From an uncultured bacterium (GTDB lineage: Bacteria > Omnitrophota > Gorgyraeia > Ghiorseimicrobiales > Ghiorseimicrobiaceae), in NCBI GenBank assembly GCA_913009335.1, contig CAJVXN010000001.1, positions 71,709 through 135,708 of the forward strand: a stretch of DNA of 64,000 nt, written 5' to 3'. The notes beneath the pieces were generated by a model, which was given only the letters and a program-made list of their open reading frames with translations, was not told the DNA's origin and searched no databases. Each line of letters opens with the position of its first letter. Position 1 is the stretch's first letter. This document shows, in pieces, positions 29,379 to 42,300 of the stretch. The position numbers and the translations under genes were made by a program.

Positions 29379-30212
29379 TCAGCCCTCTTGCTTGTCGGAT
29401 TTAGGTTCTTTTTCTGTTTGCTTTTCCCCAAAAGCGGATTCTTTAGCATGCAAAAGTGAGTCTTTGGTAATTTGCGCCTGACGATGCCAAGTAAAAAAAA
29501 GTACCGCTGAAAGCAATCCGCTAAAAACAATTATACTAAAAATTACTATCCAGGTCATAGTTTTTGAAGGAGCATCTGCCTTTATCTTGCTATCTGCCAG
29601 CATTTCAGGAGCGGGTGGGCCCCCGGCAGTAACTAAAATCTTTTCCATTCTAAGAACATCTTTCTCTATCTCTTCCAAGGTAATTAAGCTCGCACGATAA
29701 GCACCGATATGCCGCTGGCGGCTAAGTGATTCATCGGACTGTTGCGTTCTGATTTCATTTAAACGCGGATAAATCGTATCGGCTAAATCTTTAGCCTTTT
29801 GATAATACTCTGAATCTTCCAACTTCCTAAGAATAGAATCCACGCGGTCGGAAAAAATAGAAAGCTTATCTTCTGAAACAATCCAAATATCCCTTACCTC
29901 TATTTCAAAAGTACTTATCTCTTTAGGGATAAGTTCAACTTGCTTTTTATAAACATAGTAAAGGGATTTATTGGTATCATATTCCAACTCAAGGCCCCCC
30001 AAATCTATAATATCTTTAGGAGTTACTTCTTGAGGTAAATACTTTTTAATCTCTGTGGTTTGCGTTTTTGTCGCGGAAGGATTAAGCACGATAACCTTAA
30101 AAGTAACGCTCTCGGCTGCTATTGTTTGCCTAAGGCCGACAAAACCAGACATCAAAAGGAAAAAAGAAAATACACAAACGGATTTTTTAATAAATGTTTT
30201 ATTTTTTTTCAT
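29379..30212 (-). CDS. Hypothetical bitopic membrane protein (N-terminal signal/TM, periplasmic domain, C-terminal TM + charged tail)
   Basis: 277 aa. N-terminal hydrophobic VCVFSFFLLMSGFVG and C-terminal TM TWIVIFSIIVFSGLLSAVLFFTW. Lies between the giant gene and the epsilon-like gene, 7 nt upstream of the latter. Confidence 0.45.
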   Translation of the reverse strand: MKKNKTFIKKSVCVFSFFLLMSGFVGLRQTIAAESVTFKVIVLNPSATKTQTTEIKKYLPQEVTPKDIIDLGGLELEYDTNKSLYYVYKKQVELIPKEISTFEIEVRDIWIVSEDKLSIFSDRVDSILRKLEDSEYYQKAKDLADTIYPRLNEIRTQQSDESLSRQRHIGAYRASLITLEEIEKDVLRMEKILVTAGGPPAPEMLADSKIKADAPSKTMTWIVIFSIIVFSGLLSAVLFFTWHRQAQITKDSLLHAKESAFGEKQTEKEPKSDKQEG

Positions 30213-30236
30213 ACCTGCCTGACCCTTTCAAGCCTA

Positions 30237-30274
30237 AATTACACATTTTAAGCAATGCTTGTTTTGTGTAATTT
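30237..30274 (-). promoter_or_regulatory. AU-rich 10-bp perfect stem-loop in the 88-nt spacer 3' of the giant gene
   Basis: aaattacaca ... tgtgtaattt with an 18-nt loop containing the nested hairpin aagcattgctt. No U-tract follows, so it is not a classical terminator. Confidence 0.25.
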
Positions 30275-30300
30275 TCTTGAAGTTAAGTTTCAATTAAGAA

Positions 30301-33300
30301 TCATTCGAAAATTACGACCGGATCTTCCAATCCTCCCATCTTGGTTTCCATTATTTGGCCCATAACATCAACACTGCTATTTATTGAATCCGCTTTTTCA
30401 CGTATTCTTCGCAGCGTAGGTGATTCTTCGATTGCTTCTTCCAATATCGTACTTAGATCATATCCTTCATCTCCGGCTAGGGTCCTCATCCTGTCAGAAA
30501 TATCGTTGATTGCCCGGGTTATAGTCGCGGAAGGTCCCTCCTTAGCCATAGCATCGGGAAGCGAATCTACGGATGCTTTAAGATTCTTTAAGGTAAGCGC
30601 GATATTAATGCTTTCGCCGCTGATTAAAACCGACTCAATTGCTTTTATCGCCTCTAACGCCTTTTTAGCTGCTGCTGCCGCCCGAGGAGCGGAAGCAGCA
30701 AGGCCGGCAACAGTAGTAATACTCATTGACTCTACCATTCCCGCGCCGGTAAGCAGGGTACTGCTCTCCTCCTCGATAATATTATAAGTGTAGGCTTTAC
30801 CGCCTGTAAACCTTGAATCTGCTTTCAATGAATATTCATAGAATCCCGCTCTGGTGCTACTCTCAACCATAACCAGGGAATCTTCAATAATATTCCCTTC
30901 CCAGTCGTAAATCGTAAGCAGCGGTACCACTTTAGGCAAGCCCATGCACTGTATGATTATAGTATCCCCGAGCAATACCGGATCAGGAAACGCGGCAGTA
31001 GTCCATTCATATTTCGCGACTAATCCTGAACCATAAACTAAACCGCCGGTAACCGACTCGGTAATAACGAAGGAGTAAGACTTACCCGCTTCGAAAGCAT
31101 CATCAGCCTTAAATTCATAAGTATAAATTCCCGGCTCACTCTCGGACATAACCACGTCACTAAAGACTGTCTTGCTATCGGCATCATAGATAGTAAGCGC
31201 AGGAGAATATCCCGGCTGTCCCTGGCAGGTTATGGTTATCGTATCATTAGTCAATGCCGGATCAGGAGAAGCTGATGCACCCCAAGAATACTTCAACGCT
31301 GTTTCTTCCAATAGGCCCGCTGCTTCTTCCGCGGTCACGGCACTATCTTCTAAAAGTATAAGCGAAGCGCTCACAGAAGTTTCAAAGCTTGTCATCGCGA
31401 CATCAATCATTGTTTCCATATTCCCCATCGAAGTCTGTATCATATCTGTCTGATCGGTCATCTTTTGGTCAATAACCGCGGTCTGCGCAGTTAATGTCGC
31501 CTGCAATTCGGTGCTGACCTCAGATATCGGCTTATCAAGGGCAGTATTAACAGTGGAAATCATGCTGTCAACCGTTGTCTCCATATCCGCCATCTTCATG
31601 GGTATAGTAACTGTAAATGATACAGGTGTTGTAAACGTCGCTCCGGTAGCTAACCCCATATAACTTGTTACGGCATATACTTTCCCTGATTGCAAGGTAA
31701 GATAACTATCCGCTCCGGCGGTATAAGGAGTCGGGGTCCAGGATTGTTGGAAGAAACCCGCGAAATCAGACGGGATATCCATCTCTCCTGTCTTATACGC
31801 CGCGCAATCATTTATCACATCATCCATAGTACGCACCTCTCCCGAACGGTCACCTACCCATAATTTCACGCCGGCATCAACATCATCATAATAGAGATGT
31901 TTGTTGTTAGCCTCGTCCACTAATGTTGTTTTCCTCTTGATTTTGTAAATGCTGTCATATATACTCACATCGATAATCAAAGCGCCGGAAACCAAAGCGC
32001 CGTCTCTTTCCAGCCAGGTTGTGATATCCAACTTATCAGGTGTCTCTACATAATCATCATCAGGATCTGCTGGAGTGCCATTGTCATTCCATACTTCCAC
32101 ATTATAAGCGAATTCTGAATAAGCGCGCCAGATATGCACGACCAACGTCTCCATGGTTCTGTATATCGTACGGTCTCCTCTCCAGATTTGCGCATCCTCA
32201 TCCCAACCCACCAGGTATGACTCGGTAATTGTCCCAAAATCCTGATGGGTCCATGTTGCCGACCAGAAACCAGCGGGAACTTCGTGCGATACCGGAGAAG
32301 CAAGGCCGGCAGCATCCCAACCGGATGTATCGCTTACCGTCAATCCGGAAATCGGCTGGTTAGTAACAAGATCCCGTATATCCCAGATAATCTTATAATA
32401 ATCTATCTTCATCGTATCCACACCGCCGGCTACTACCGGCCCCTCTACGTATACGGTATGGTCATTACTGTCATAGATGCGTATCTTAACCGTGGTGGAG
32501 CGGTCATCAGGTATCTTCCAATCGAATGTACCTGTGTTGGCGATACCGGTCGCATCCTGGTCAAGATCATCCTTCAGCGCAATCTCAGTAACAAAATCAT
32601 CCTTTGAATAAACAAGATCTACCGTATTAATCGTTCCGAATGTCGTCCAGGAAACTTCACGGACTTCATTTGTGACCCAGCGGGACTCATAAATTCCGCT
32701 GCTATTCAATGTTACTGCCGGAGCAATAAGGGTAAAAGCGCCCTGAATCTTAAATGTGCCGGACTCGCCAAAAACAGTCGCATCTCCCGGATCAGTAATT
32801 CTTATTTTACAATCAGGCGAGATAGTATCCGGTATAGTCCAGGCATACGTATATTCCGAACCCGACCCGCCTGAACCCGCGCCGTTTTGAACTATACCGT
32901 CATTGGCGATATCGTAACTTTCAACAATCGGATTAAACGGGCCTGTATCCCCATTTGTGGAATAGGTTATCTTGACTTCAGACATTGTTCCTCCCCATTC
33001 CCAGGCAATATCATAAACACTATCAACTGCCAACTCCGTAACGAGCTGACCGCTACCCTGCTCTTTAATGCCGTTTACTATAATATACCCAATGATATGG
33101 AAGGAATCACTCTGGGCAACAACGTCTGACTCGGTAGGCCTGGCATCAACTACTTTAATAATCGCATCGGCTGTTGCCTGATCAGGAACTGTCCAGGTAT
33201 AAGTATAGTTTGAACCTGCCCCGCCTGAGCCTGAGCCGTTAGCTACTATACCGTCATCAGCGATATTATAACTTTCAAGGATTAGATTAAACGGACCGCC

Positions 33301-36300
33301 GGTACCATTTATAGAATAAGTTATCTCAACCTCGGGAATAGTGCCTACCCATCCCCATTCTATGTCATAATCCTGTTCTATATCCCAAGAATCATCTAAA
33401 ACAGGCGCGTTAATCCAGAGATTTCCTTTAATTCTTAAATCATTGGATATACTATAGGCATCATCATCGGTTGAACTCTTAACGCGTACCTTTACTATCT
33501 GAGAAATATCATCGGGTATAGTCCAATCATAGGTCCCGCCAGCTGCGCCATTTGCCCAGCCTAATTGTATATCCTTAGGTGTTGTAAAATCATCCAGTGA
33601 ATAATGCAGGTCTACATTACTTACCGTACCGACCGTATCCCAGGCAATCTGGAATGTATCGCCGACAACTAACTCTTCACCCCCGGTAGGGGCGGTTAAG
33701 GTAAATTTCGCACGTATCTTAGCCATACCGGCAGATTCACCATACGCATCAGCATCGTTTGCGGCAGCTACCTTGACTTTCAACTGAGCTGTAATCTCAT
33801 CAGGAACAGACAGCCAAGTCCAAGATAAATCACTTGCTGAAACAGACGTAAGAGCATTCCAGGTTCCGGCTATACCGCCGACAGTAGAATAGTAGATACC
33901 CACATCAACAACTGTTCCCGTATAAGTCCAGCTAATCGTTGCCGGATCATTTACATACCATTTAGAACTAGCATCAGGTGATGAAACGGTAAATCCCGGC
34001 ATAATCTTAAATGTGCTGTCTGAAATATCAAATGCATCCGTATCATTAGGATCCTCAACACGCATAATTAAATCACTATGGATGAAATCCGGTATAGTCC
34101 AGGCGTATGTTCCGCCAACAGGAGCAGCCGTAGCAATAGTATATTTAATCGCCGGCTGAGTCTGCTTATAACAGTAAATCTTCACTCCTTGGGTATCACC
34201 CAATTCCGACCAGGAAATTGTATACGGATCATCAACAGTTATCTTTTGTCCGCCGTTAGGTGCGGTTAAAATCAAAGTAGCTCGCACGCGGAAATCACCG
34301 TCGGATATATCGTATACGTCGCTATCAGACGGATGCGCAACACGAATTCTCACATTTCCTGAAACAGCCTCAGGAGGTATATTTAACCAATCGAATGCCT
34401 CGTCACTAGCAGTTGAAGTCGTAATCGGTATAGGATTAGTAAACGTTGGGTCATTAACAGAATAATCGATTTTCACGGAACCAAAGGAAGCTGGGCCGTA
34501 TTTTGCCCAATTAATAGTTCCGGAACTTCCGGAATACCACACTTCGGCTCCATTAGGATTCTGAATAACAATCCTACTCATTATCTTGAAAGGATTCGCT
34601 GATATATCATAAACATTCGCCAGATCGGCAGTCGAGCGTACTCGAATCAATGCCTGATCCGTAGCAATGGAAGGTATGTTCCATTCATACTCACCGATAT
34701 TGGTAATTCCCTGAGCCGCGGCAATAGCAACCCAGATTGAACCATTGTAATAATGAATATCGACGTTGGTAATATTTCCGTCCCAATCCCAGTCTATATA
34801 TTTATTATCGGCACAACCCCATTTTTCACCGCCGTTAGGTATATTAAGCGTAATCCTACCCTGAATTTTAAAGTCGTTATCAGACATATCAAAAGAATCT
34901 GTGTCATCGTTGTAATCAGAAACACGGACTCTGCAAGTTGCCGAAATTGTCGGCGGAATTGTCCAATCGTAATTTCCGTCATTTATCTCATCGGTTACAA
35001 TCGGAGTCCAAGTATCATAAGGAGCGACTGTTGCGTATTTAAGATTAACTGAACTTGCCAAGCCTTGAGACGTCCAGGTAATCGTCTCTACATCGCTGAC
35101 TACCCACTGCTCAGTACCATTTGGCACTGTAACATTAAAATTCTCCATTATCTTAAACGCAAGATCAGAAAAATCTTCTACCAAACTATCCTGCGTATCG
35201 CGGATACGTATAAAACAATTATTCGATAATGTGCTCATAGGCACTGACCAGGCGTACTCTAAGAGTGACGCTTGTTGGTTAGTAGCAAAAGTAGTGTAAG
35301 TTCCACCCGAACCATTTGTTGAAAGCGCAATATCTACCCCGGAAAGCGGGCCGATCATCGTCCATTTAACCTTAGATGATTCGTCACTCTGCCCAACTTT
35401 CAACTTATCCTGACCGTTAGGTTGAGCTACGGTTAATGCGCCGTGAATATTAAAATTATCGGATGTAGTTGTAGCATCAGGGTCGGCTGTATCTGTAACC
35501 CTTACCAATGCCTGCTGAGATATAACATTAGGAATAGTCCAGTTATAATTCTCCGTAGCATTAGATATCGCTGAACCGTCATTTACATAACCCCACACTC
35601 CGCCATTATTAAGCGAATATTCCACATAGACACTACTAATAGCACCAAGGGTATTCCATGATATCATGTTCGTACTATTCGCAAGCCATCTATCAGTGCT
35701 TACAGGATGTACAAACGTAAATCCGCCGCGCATGCTAAACTCATTTGATTCATCGTATACATTCGCATCCGCTAAATTGATTATTTTAATAACAGTCTGA
35801 ATACTGGTATCTAAAGGTATGGTCCAGGTTTGAGTATAATCTCCCGGGCCTACAGCTACAGAACCGGCAATAGGCGCATACGGATAAGTTACCCCAGCAT
35901 CAGTTGAATATTCTATGCTGACATTTGCGATGGAACCGTGAATTGTATAAGCGATATCATGCTGAGTTTCGCATAACCAAATATCATTTAACGCAGGGCT
36001 TGTAATAGTAATAGATCCTTGAATTTCAAAATTTGCCGGTGATTCATCAGGCTGCGTACTTGAAGAGGCGTTTGCGTCTTCAATACGTACTCGCAGTTTA
36101 TCGCCGATTACATCCGGAACCGGCCAACTATAACTTCCATCAACTGCCGGACGAGTAGCAATCGTATTAGGATAACCATTCAAACCCTCGTTGGTATCAT
36201 ATTTTAATACGACATTAACAATATCACCGAATTTTTCCCAGGTAATCGGTTCACTGTTATCTACTATCCATACCTCTGTTCCCATCGGCGATAACAAATT

Positions 36301-39300
36301 AATATCCGCGGCTATCTTAAATACATTGGAGGTATGGGTTACGGTATTATCTAAATTATCCGTAATCTTTACCGTGACATTATCCCCTATTGTATTAGGT
36401 ATTGTCCATTGGTAAATCTGATTAGACGCATTTACACTTGCCGTAATCGGATTAAGCCCTGATCCATAATCATATTCTAATCTCACAGTGGCAATAGAAC
36501 CGGTAGTTATCCAGGTAATATCTTTTTGCTGGGCAACATCCCAAACCACTCCGCTAGCAGGATTAGTAATCTGTAATTTACCTTTAATAGAGAATAACCC
36601 TGAAACACCTACTATAGTCGGTTCGGTAATGTCGGTATTACTTACTCTTACCTTTACCTGGTTGTCGATATCGTCGGGAATAATCCAGTCATAGGTTAAA
36701 CCGCTTAAATTATCGGCATCCTGAACCGGTTGATAGGCAGCGCCGCCTACGGAGTATTCTAATTTTACCGTGGGAATCGTCCCTGTCTTTGTCCAGGATA
36801 TTGTCTCCTGATCCTGCACATACCAGACCTCACTTCCTACCGGTGCGCTAAGAGTTAATTGACCCGTAATCGTAAAGTCGTTATCAGACTCATCATAGAC
36901 CGTGGAATCGTCCTTATTGGTAATTTTTACTTTTACCAGCGAAGAAGCATCGTTAGGGATTGTCCAATCAAAGCTCCCGCCTCCGCCGCCGGTATCCGCG
37001 GTTAAATTATCCGCACCCGGAATCTGAACGTATGCCTGTCCGTCTACGGAGTATTCTAATTTCACCGTAGCAACCGAACCTGTAACCGTCCAGGTTATAG
37101 GTTCGCTTGCTCCGATAAGCCATGATTCTGCGCCGCTGTTAGGCGAGGTAACCTGCAGGTCACCGCGGATCTTGAAGTTGCTCGCGGACATATTAGACGC
37201 ATCGGAGTCATTAACATCCGAAACTCTCACTCTTACTAAATCTGATATAGCGTCGGGTATTGTCCATGATTTAGAACCCGTATTTACAATGGAAGCTGAA
37301 ATAACATCCCCATTAGGAATCACCCAGTTATTTCCGCCATCGGTTGAATATTCTAATTTAACATTTGTTACATCTCCGCTGGTTGTCCAGATAATGTCAT
37401 GGCTTGAACCAACAGCCCAGACAACGCCGCCGTCAGGAGAAATAATATCAAATATCGCCTGTACTTTAAAAGCTAAAGAATCGTCATAAACCTGGATATC
37501 GCTATCATCAGTAACCCTTACGACCACATTCGGTGAAACTGCATTATCAGCAATACTCATCCACCAGTAAAACAGATTATCTGTGGCTGTTGAGCTTACA
37601 ATCTGATCATTAAAGTCCGTTCCGCCGTTTAACGAATATTCTATTCTTACGTTAGCAAAATCACCGACCTTTGTCCATTCTACCTTAAAATCACTGCCAA
37701 CCGGTAGTTGCTCGCCGCCGCTTGGTTCAGTAACCGTTATATCACCCACGATAGAAAATGCGGGCGAGGTGCCATAAACATTAGTCTCATCATTTAAATC
37801 AGCTACTCTAATCAAATAAGTATCGCTTACGTGATTAGGTATATTGTTCCAAGTATAAGACTCATCACTCCCCGTAACGGATGCCGCGATAACATTATCA
37901 AATGCTCCCGCGTCTACAGAATAAGTAATTTTAACATCTTGAATACTACCCGTAAGATTCCAGGTTATATTATGGCCGCTCGATTGAGCAATCCATCTCT
38001 CTGTTCCGTCGGGAGCTATTACCTGTATTTTACCTTTTATAGAAAACACACCATCTGACTCGTCATTAACTGTGGCGTCATTAGTATCGGATACTCGAAT
38101 CAAACAAAGTTCGCTTATGGCATCGGCAACAGACGGCCAGGTATATTCACCCGCTCCGGGACCGGCAAAAGCATCAGCTATTATCTCTGTCCATGCCCCT
38201 CCATTATTCTTAGAGTATTCAATTCTTACTGTAGTTACCGAACCTGTTGCCTGCCATCTAATCTTTTTATTTGTATCTGCCACATACCAGGTATCTCCGC
38301 CATTAGGTTCGTTTAAAGTAAGGCTGCCTTTAATTACGAAAGGCACCGAAGAAACATCAACAACATCGCTATCATTTACATCAGATATCCTGACTTTAAG
38401 GCTCCCTCCTATTTCATCAGGAATAGTCCAATCATATGTTCCTTGTACGCCTGAAGCAGAGTTAGAATAAGAAGCCGCTTCAACAGTAATCTCTAACTCA
38501 TCAGCAAATCCATTAGTAGAATATTCAATCTTAACATAGCTAAATGTACCCGTTGGCGTCCATTTAATCTGTTGCGGATCACCAACATACCATGTCGGCG
38601 CGTCGATATCCGGAGAATCCAGCTGAATTTTTCCTTCTATCTCAAAAGCATCAGAATTATCTGTAACCTCTGTGTTATCAACATCTGTAATCTTTATTAC
38701 TGCTGCCTTACTATTAGTGGTTATATCACCTATGCCGGGAAACCACAACGTATACGGGCTAGAATCAAAAGCGACTGTAGCCACAATTGTCCATGGCGCG
38801 GATCCAATTTTCGAAAATTCTATATCTACATTACCCATATCTGCCAAACCTAAAGTCGTCCATTCTATATTAAAAGCATCAAGGACTTTTAAAATATTAT
38901 TAGTATCCGGTTTCGTAACGGTAATACCACTCTTCATCATAAAATCGGCAGACTCATCATAGGCAACCGCTAATGTAGAATCAGATACTTTAATCTTTGC
39001 CTGATCTGCGGTTAAAATATCCAGATTAGTAGGAATTGTCCAATCGTAAGGAGTTGATGCCGCAGGCAAAGAAGGTTCTACAACAAAGGCTCCGGGATAA
39101 CTCAATCCTCCATCCTTAGAGTACTCAATCTTAACGGTATCTACAACACCTGTAATGTTCCAGGATATGATATTACCTGAAGTACCTATAACCCATTTAT
39201 CACTAGAAACAGGAGAAGTAACGCTGATTACCGCGCGCACTTCAAAACTATTTGATGTATCTATTGCGCTGGCATTATCAGGATCTGTAATCCGGAATTG

Positions 39301-42300
39301 ACAAGCAATAGACTTAACATCAGTCGGTACGCTCCAAGAATAAGAACCGGAGTTTGTTACTAAGCCGTTATCGGTTGTCTTGTAGTCGATATTATGCCAG
39401 ATTAAGCCGTCAAAAAATTCCAATTTTGCTGTTGGAATCTCACCCTGCAGACCCAGCGGATCCCAGGTAATGCTATAAGAAGATCCCGCGGAAAGTGTAG
39501 CAGGAACTGCATCTAAAGAGAAATTTCCAATAATATTGTAGGCGGCAGATACCCCTGCTACCTCATCTACGGTTGCCTCTGTATCTTCATCAACTATCTT
39601 TATAGTAGTATTTTCTTCTATTTGCGCTGCCACTGTCCAGTCATATGATGAAGGCGCATGAGGAACTGTAGCTATCCATTCATACGCGCCATCATGATAA
39701 TAGTAGATTTTTACATTTCCTAGTGTTCCATCAGGATCCCAGGTAATCGTCCTTAATTCGCCTACGCCCCAGTTTTCTCCGATGGCCGGCGTAGTAACTC
39801 TTATTTTACCTATGATATCAAAACTAGCGGATGCGCCGTAGACATTGGAATTAGTTGTATCTATTACGCGCACTACGGCATTATCGCTAATAGTATCAGG
39901 GATGCTGTTCCAGGTAAATGCGCCGGCTGTTGCATCTACTGAACCTGTTTCATCGATTACATTTGTAAATGGCCCGCCGTCAACACTATAATATAAATTA
40001 ACATAACTAACCTTGGCGGAACCATTTAAACTCCAAACAATAGCATTGCCGTTTGACGCAACTTCAATATTACTATCTAATGCGGGAGTTGTAACTGTAA
40101 TAACCGGTCTCATGGAGAATGAAGCCGCGGATTCACTATACACATCAGCAGGATGGACAACATCGGATATCTTTATGTAGCAGTCTTCTGAATTCTCATC
40201 GGCAACTGTCCAGGCATATGAATTACCGCCTTGTACATGCCCCGGATCATCAGTGACTATAACATTATAGGCTCCTGCGGCCGATGTCTTATATTCTATT
40301 TTTACATTGCTTACATCGCCAACCGCACTCCAGGTAATATTCTTGCTTTCGTTATATTTCCACACTTCACCGCTTTCCGGCACTGAAACATCCAATGAAC
40401 CGACTACCTTTACGTCAAAGCCGGACACATCATTGACATCGTCATCATTATCATCTCTTACTCTTACCTTTACCGTATCGCTGATATCATTAGGTATGGT
40501 CCAGGAGTATGTTCCCTGCACGCCGCTTGCTGAATTAGTAACGGTTGCAACAGGCTGGAAATCGGCTGCAAAATTATCTTTAGAATATTGTATCTCAACC
40601 GGTGTATATGTACCTGTGGGCGTCCATTTGATATCATGGGGAGTGTTAACCGTCCACATTAAACCTGATGTATCAGGGGCATCGATTTGTATCTTACCTT
40701 CTATCTCGAATAAATCGGACTCATCTCTTACGCCCGTAGGATAATAATCAGCTTTTACCTCTATGACCGCGTTCTTTAAGTCAGAGGTAATAGCCGAGTC
40801 GGGAGGCGTCCATGAATATGTACCGGCAGGCACGCCAAAATCGTAAGGCACGGTATCTATATTTGTAAACGGAGCTCCTCCTGTTATGGAATAACCGATA
40901 GTAACATTACCCATACCATAACCTATAGCGTTCCATTGAATATCGAAGGCATCCCCCACATGAAGGATATCGCTAGTCACCGGGGCATTAACCGTAATAA
41001 ATCCGATTACGGAAAATTCCGGACTTTCACCGTTAGCGGCAGCATAGGACGCATCAGCTACTCTTATTACACCTTGCGTGCTTAATATATCTTTATCCGA
41101 AGGAACGGTCCACGAATAAGGGCTCTGGTCATACGGCCGACTCGCCACAAGCTCCTCTGTGTAATTAGTGCCGCCGTCTTTAGAGTATTCAATCTTTACA
41201 TTCGTGACTATACCCGTAACGGTCCATGTTATATCATAGGCAGCACCTACGGCCCATTCATCGGTAACTATAGGGCCGGTTACGTCTATCTTTGCCCTTA
41301 CTTCAAAGTTTTGATCTGAATCATCTGCAGCAGACGCGTTATCCGGATCGCTGATTCGGATAAAACAGGCTTGCGAAGCAACATTACTCGGTGCGGTCCA
41401 TCCGTAAGTTCCGGTATTAGAAGCAGCCGCATCTATGGTCGACCAATTCTGTTTATTATCGCTGGAAAATTCAATTAAAACAGTCGGGATATCAGTACCG
41501 GTTCTATTCCAGGTAATATCATAACCTGTTCCGGAGATGAGAACATCAGTTGAAAGATTAGGGAACGTAATCGTAAATCCGCCCCTGATGGTAAACACTT
41601 CAGACTCGTCAACTACCTCTGTCTCGTTGTCCGCGTCTGTTATCTTCACCTTAACTGTCTCGGATACATTATCCGGTATGGGATTCCAGCTATATGCCTG
41701 ATCGGTTACGGGAACAGACGCGATAGGCGCTCCATAACCTAAACCATAATCATAATAGATATTTACTGTTCCGATGGAGCCGGTATAAATCCAGGTAATA
41801 TTCTTATCGGTTGTGCCTACTTCCCAGTTAGCGGAAGAATTAGGCTGCTGTACGGTAACGCTTCCGATGATATCAAAACTGGCGCTCTCGCCGAAGACGT
41901 TGTTGTTTACAGAATCCATTACTCTGACTTTTACGTTGTCGCTGACAGCATCCGGCACATTATCCCAATTGGTAGTTAGATCACTTGCTGTAACACCTAT
42001 GGCAATAGTATTGCCGGTATACGCGCCGCCGTCTACCGAGTAATGCACATCGACAGGATTGACTTTAATTGAACTATCGATAGTCCAGTTGATTGCGTTA
42101 CCGCTTGATGAGACTATTAGATTATCATCAAGCGCGGGTGTAGTTACGGTAATTACCGGCCTTATGGAGAATGCCGCGGCTGATACGCTTTGCACGTCAA
42201 CAGGATGGGCAACATCGGATATCTTTATGTAGCAATCTTCTGAATTCTCATCGGCAACTGATGTCCAGCTATAAGAGTTACCGCCCGCTAAATGGCCGGA

